A stretch of 64,000 nt of DNA from Lingula anatina (lineage: Eukaryota > Animalia > Brachiopoda), in assembly GCA_051362555.1 (NCBI GenBank), contig CM120640.1, positions 54,662,788 to 54,726,787 of the forward strand. The letters run 5' to 3'. Both the position numbers and the translations under genes were made by a program. The notes under the pieces were generated by a model that was given only the letters and a program-made list of their open reading frames with translations, did no database searches and was not told where the DNA came from. Position 1 is the first letter of the stretch. The number at the start of each line of letters is the position of its first letter. Positions 53,539-64,000 of the stretch are shown one piece after another.

Positions 53539-56500
53539 GCACGCGACATATTATTATGGTATTTAATGAGACTAATGGACTCGGAATCTCCACTATCCGT
53601 GAGCAACCTGTACAAACTGACAACATAAGAACGTCGGCGGAGTCGATTTTTCACTATTTGGTTTCCCTTGGTAACCTTGAATAGATACGGCTGTGCAATA
53701 GATACTTTTCTCTTGATGAGTATCTTCAAGTGCACTTGTCGCAAAATAATTAATATTTGTCTATAAAGCTCCGTTTCAATTATTAAAGATGTTCCTAACA
53801 TTTTTTAGTATTTTACAGAGTTTTTATGTAGCCAGTTAACCATTACGTGAGTTAAATCACATACGCAAAAATTCTAACTGCAAAAGACTGGTATTAAATT
53901 CGCAATATTTGAGCTGGAGGAATAATGGAGTGATTTTCTGTCGGGCAATGGGTAAAACCTGCTATTGTTGTGAAAGAGCTTGAGAAGATGGCATGGCAAT
54001 AATACAACCTGGCGGGTTGCACGCCATATTTCTCGGTTAACACACCGAGCTCACATTCCCCTTTGACACTGACTTTTAATTGTGCCCGATCCTTTGTCGT
54101 CTGAACGGTGTCTGAAAAGAAAAAAAAAGACGATGGCTGAAAGGTCTGAATAAGAAATATTCCCTAAGCTAGAGTACTTGATATTTCCAATCATAGTCAG
54201 ATTTAATTGTCTGATACACCACGTACAGGTAATTTAAGGTAATCCACCTTTCAGACACTTCAAACGTCAATCGACTAGCTTGCTTTAACAACTCTTAAAT
54301 AATTTGGTGTCCACGAAAAAAGGTTTATACCGATTTGCGTAACGTGAGTGTAAGATAACTCAGAGGATCAAGTCACTTTAGTATTTTTAGGAAATGTGAC
54401 CGTATTTACGTGATCCTAAACATTCCCTCCCATCGATTTGAATTTCTTTTTAAGTAAATAGGTCCTCTTCCCGGGCTCTTCGTGACTCTCCCAGACAGCT
54501 CCCATTCTGGAGAGGAAGGGTTAACAATACGGCTATAAAATAGAAAAATATGTAGGATGCTGGGCAACGTGGGTCTGTTGATAACATCGCAACTGTTCGT
54601 TATTGCATGGAGATTACTTCCATTTACAATAAAATAAACTTTGATGTACAAAACACTGCATAGTAAAGATATAATAAGATCGTATAGCATTTAACATATC
54701 CTTACTAAATAGCTGTATAAGTTCAGATATAGTAAAACCGGACGTGTCACACTCTAAAAATCCGAAACGACATTTGTTTGTAAAAAAGAACAACTGAATC
54801 TGATGAACAAAGCGTACACAAAGGTTTTCTTTAAAATAAACTTAGAAAAATGCTAAAGATGGTCTAAAGATGCTTTTGATAGCTTTTTGATAGACAGCAA
54901 GATCGAGCTCAGGCTCCTTTCATTCAAATCCCATAGGCAGGGGGACTGCACGGTCCGCTGATTACATTCAGGGTCTTTGCGGTCTTCTTTACGGAAAATC
55001 AGTTTGATGGAAATTTCATTAAGATCCAATTGAATTCGAATGATTCACGCCACCGTTTGGTTTATCTATGTTAACGGTCATTGGCGGTAGGTTGCACTCG
55101 GGGATTCTCGGGTGTTCTCCGAAAAGCCGAAAATAAATCTTGCTGTCTATCAACTCGAAACTTTTGGGAATACATAAGATCATGTTTTGGGTTATCATTT
55201 CCAACAGTTAACAAATGTCATAACTTTTCAGAATGTTTCTATATGTTATTCTATTTCCCTAAAAAAAAGCCCACGCGTGTTGTCAGTGCTGAACATGTAT
55301 GTGCAAAATATTGGACATTTCATCTCGTTGACGTGATTAATTTAGACAGAAAAACTCGTTAAAAAGTTCTTCTTTGATATTTTTGTTGCTGGAACCTAAA
55401 AGAATAGATGTCTCCTCAAATTATTACGAATTTTAAGGACTTCTGATTTTGTTCATTTTGTGGATTTATGTACATGTATAGTATATCGCATGGAAGCTGA
55501 TGACTTAGCAAACACACTTTTACGCCAAAATAACAATTGCATGCGATATCGGAGAACCTACCAAGCAAGTCGTTTGATAATGATTTGCTACAGCTAACTT
55601 TTTAAAATCTGACATTGCACGCGTCATTGTTATTAGTGTTATTATTTTATACCCTCTAAATGTCATTAGATGGAAGAATAAAACAGAATATTATTGAAAG
55701 CTTTTCATTGATTTATCCGCATACCGACAACTTAATAAAAAATCCGTTAAAAATAACTGCTGTTAAAGTAACACTGACTTCGGTACATATAGCAATGCTT
55801 TGAAAATCTAAAGCGGATTTTTCTGTCATCATTGACAAAATGCTTTGATTGTGCTCGATAAACGTTGAAAATTGTTCCATGGGTAAAATAGAATCAAGGC
55901 GTTTAATGAGAATCTCACCCATGAAAATATACACCATACAAAGTAAGAACCTGGTGAAATACACGGCAGCTCAACGCAGAGCTATGAAAGACTAGATATT
56001 AGACCTACTGGTATAAAATACAAACATGGAATTTCAAAAATAAAGTAAAAAGAATATATCTCGCTTAACTTTTATACATTCATAGAATTATAACACACAG
56101 AAAGCAAAAGATGAATTAAGAATGGAACTAACAACTTCACGTCATGGTGGAGGGAATTAAAAAAAAAAAAGAAAATTGTGCAAATCATCACTAGCTTCAG
56201 AGATAATATATTAAATATTTTTATCAAAGCTATCACGTAGTTCCAATAAGACCTTTATGAAATAATACATCTATCTAGGAATGATTCAATACACCCATCG
56301 ATATCTTATAAAATGTATCTAAAACAGCAAACGTTTAATCTATTGACTTATATTGGCTGAGTCTATTATAGCACCGATAATTGAATTTTTTTATCACAAA
56401 TAGACTGGGGCCCTTGATAGGCCATCACATCACAAATTACATTACTTCGGTCTCATTTATATAATAGATATGTCGATGTTAGTAATAATAAAATTGAAAT

Positions 56501-59500
56501 AACTTGTTATTTTTTCTACATATATTGATTCAGTTCAATTAATTTATTTGATCGGCACACCGCAAGTTATTATTAGTGCGATTATCACAGCGATCAGATT
56601 CATAGCAGTTTCAGGTTGAAGCGGAACATTTATAATATGTCCTTTCAAAAGTACCATAATTCATGAGAAATACTTTTGTGACACCACCGTCTACGGTAAC
56701 TGCCAAATGAATAAAGTATTTGAGGACACAGAAAAGGCCGGATAATTTTCATAATTGAGACAAGACAGGGGCGGTCCATGTTCTTAGAGCTTCTAACGTA
56801 ACCGATGTGAATGAAAAGGCTAAATTACCAACAATCTACAATCACGTTGCTGTAATGACGTAGGGTTTGCATCCCACGGCAAGGATTTGATGTGACTGCT
56901 GTATAATTTATTTTTCAGAAAAATATCTGAAACCTGCCCGTCTGTTACACTGAAATGAAGTAAAACTATGTGACAAAATTATCGGAAAGATTTAACAGAA
57001 GCGACAAAGCAGTGTCATGTTCTATTTACAACTCACATCTTTCAGCGGAGACTATGACTAAGGAAAAGTATCTTAACTCATCTGCTTAATGTAGAGACGT
57101 GACTGAAGTGAACAGAAAGCCTCATACGCTTGCCGTCTTTTGCTTATTCACGCCATAGGTGGTAAAACTCAACAAGGTGTGCAGGTGCGATTGAATCACT
57201 ATTGCTAAGTAAATCCAAGCATTGTTACTGCTTTGTTTGGATGAGAAAGAAAATAAACAAATACTTGCGAGGTGCAATCGGTGTTGTTTTGATGACAAGG
57301 CGACCACAAACTCGAAGAGAAAGTGCTGTGTTGGTAATTATTTCGTGTACGTTACAGCTTGATTCTCTTTACAGATCAATTTCACACATGAGAGTTCTAA
57401 TAGAAAATCACCCTCAACACCAAGTTGAAGTCGCATTCAGGTGTGAAACAGTGCAAATATGAAATCATATAATATGATAATACAATTGCTGCATATGATG
57501 AAAATGTCGATTCAGTGATTCAGTGAATTCAATAGAAATTGCACCCTGAAGAATTTAACATCAGGTCGTCCGTAAAGACCAAGAAAGGTTACCATTTGAA
57601 TGTAAAATTTTAGTACAAAAACCAAGATTATTCTAATGGAATCCAATATAAAATATCAACATTTGATCATCTGTTTCATTTTCTCACAAATAATTTTAAG
57701 GAACGACGTACCTATTAACATCTTTATTCTTTCGGTCTTTTTGAATATAAACATATATAGTCTGTCCTTCTACCGATCTATCTATATTATTAACATTTTT
57801 CACACACACATGAATTTTTGTTATATTCGAAAAGGGGAAACTAAAACTATAAGCAATAAAAGAGAATGACGACGGGCAAAGCAATGGATCGAATTATTTT
57901 CTCTTGATATAGTCATTTTATAAAGGAAAAAGAGAGCAAAGAAGATGAAGGGAGAGTTTAAGTTGTAAAAGTATTTTTCTTGGATCTATTTTCTAAAATG
58001 AAAGTATCCCATATGTGTTTTACTGACAAATGGTATCTGTTAATTGGTAACCCTAAGTTTTCCCAAAGCATAATGCTCTAACACCCTTATCATGGAAGAA
58101 AGACAACGCAGTGGCCGTAAACCCGAACGTCAACCAAAGCAGGTGACAGGTGCCTACTTTATACGGGTTTATATACACAGCCCGCTGACATACTAAATTA
58201 GAAAATGACAGACGACACTCGAACTCCACTCAATCCAAAGTTAATATTTTTAGCATTAAGATTTCAATTGAGAATTGGTCCGGCAGCATATTACAGGCAG
58301 GGTGCGGTTATTAACCAGCTGGCTTAATTCTGCAAGAAAAGCAGTGCACATACGGCGAGGTTTAAAACAGGCATCAGTGCAGTAGGCCTCTACCTGTGCC
58401 CATTCACAATCTATCCGAACATCTTATAATTCATCTTGGTGACTTTGCTGTCAGCTATTTATTCACCATGAACAGGAATTCTGCCTATCAATTAATAGAT
58501 CTAATCATATTTAACCAAAGAATGTTGTTGGAGCCCGTGCATAGAGTGCATAGAGAATTACCGATGTAATAATGCTTTGACAAAATAAAATTGTTTTGCC
58601 TACAGATACGGGGGAATCCTGCTCATTATTGATATCATCAAAGTTTGAATTCCACACCTCCACTTCTATAAAGCTGAATAACAAAATATTGCAATATATT
58701 TAACGACATATGGACAATCCAAGAATGCGTTAAAGATTACAGTGAATCTTTAATGAAAAGAAATGCTCAAAACATATCCCATAACTGGTAATAATGGAAT
58801 GAACTATTTTGTAGCTGTCATTTAATTATCTATCAGAAAGGATGAAAAAAATTAACGTTTGGTCTGTTTAGTTGAATCAGATATAGGCCTATGATGAAAA
58901 AAGACGATTTTTGCAGCCAAAATAAGGAATTAAAGGGAAAAAAGATTGGATCTTGGGATATTTTGAAGCACATACGACAGAGTGTGTCTTTTTCTCTTTT
59001 GGAAGGGGAATTAAGTAGCTGGGTGCACGGCTTTGATTTGAAAAGGCACCCTGCTCCACGCCCACAGACTCTCCTCTATATAGATGACCTCTATGTCTAA
59101 TACCCATGCAGAAAATGCGTTAGGTGAGCATGCACTCAGAAAATATCATATGCCACCATAGAGGTTTTGTGCATATTCATCCTCGCCACTTGATATGTGT
59201 TTCCGATTGATAAATATAACCCCTATATGTCAGTCACATAATCTAACAAATTATATTTTCTTTTCAAATCTAACATAATCCTGTCGAGCAGTTTCTTACT
59301 AACGTTACGTTGATTAGTTAACATCAAGATTTTCAAATTAAAAAAAAAAACGTGGCTAGTTACACATTCAAGACCACAGAAATGATTTTACAAAGCACAG
59401 TAACTTAACCTTAAAAGAAAAGTTCTAGCATCCGCGCGAGAGTGCAGTGATGAAAATCGATAGATAAAAAACATGTGACAAGTGCAGAATGGAACTCTTC

Positions 59501-59612
59501 GTGGTTAAAGCGCCATCTATCAAATGTTTTCAACAGCAACACACATCACACGACTAGCCCAGCTAGCAGGAAGAAATTTACTATCAAACTGTCACTCTGC
59601 CTTGACAAAAAT

Positions 59613-63651
<4,039 letters not shown>

Positions 63652-64000
63652 GCATGAGCTACAACTGCCAAGATTATTGTCCCAAGAAGTATATTTTGTA
63701 TTCAGATAACAAAGAGATTATGAGACAATACATTGTGTTCCCTTTTTGTAACAAAAGAAACATCCTTGCTACATGTATACAGACACTGATGCCAGGATTA
63801 AAGCTGTTTGGATCAGGTTATTCAGCAACTTCTTTTATGTTTTTCATACATAAGATTGCAGTCTTAAGATTTGGAACTCAACATGTGTAGCTGTGACAGT
63901 AGGGTGTACATAATAAATTTAAGGGAAAGGTATTTATTGTTAACTGAAAGGTATTTTAAAATGTTATTAGTTCAAAAATGCCATATGATACTAGTTTTGG

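Noticed and set aside
49400-59500. Scattered 60-110-aa ORFs downstream of FJX1
   Set aside because: No domain similarity or consistent exon chain; interpreted as 3'UTR and regulatory intergenic DNA.

Overview
AT-rich, intron-rich animal genomic DNA, probably lophotrochozoan or mollusc-like (inferred from gene content and repeat types). It is not prokaryotic, so most short entries in the ORF track are exon fragments or noise. Seven protein-coding genes were reconstructed by hand from splice sites: an intronless Olig-family bHLH (-); a 5-exon lipocalin with a C-terminal GPI-like signal (-); Ashwin/C2orf49 (-), head-to-head with a ~32-coding-exon vault PARP4 (+); RPL13A (-), hosting five intronic box C/D snoRNAs; intronless four-jointed kinase FJX1 (+); and SFT2D1/2 (+). 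Many non-autonomous DNA transposons are present: PIF/Harbinger-type palindromic MITEs, two Helentron/HINE elements (one carrying a 146-bp satellite with a nuclear-receptor DR1 site in nearly every unit), a THAP-remnant element and a hAT derivative with a 6-bp TSD. The most striking observation is the disordered PARP4 linker, which strings together motifs typical of unrelated cellular hubs (Pol II CTD heptad, FG-nucleoporin repeats, polyproline plus WH2/VCA-like motifs, phospho-SIM, NLS). The second is the duplicated and diverging SNORD32/33/34-type snoRNA set in RPL13A. All family assignments come from recognising motifs, not from database searches.
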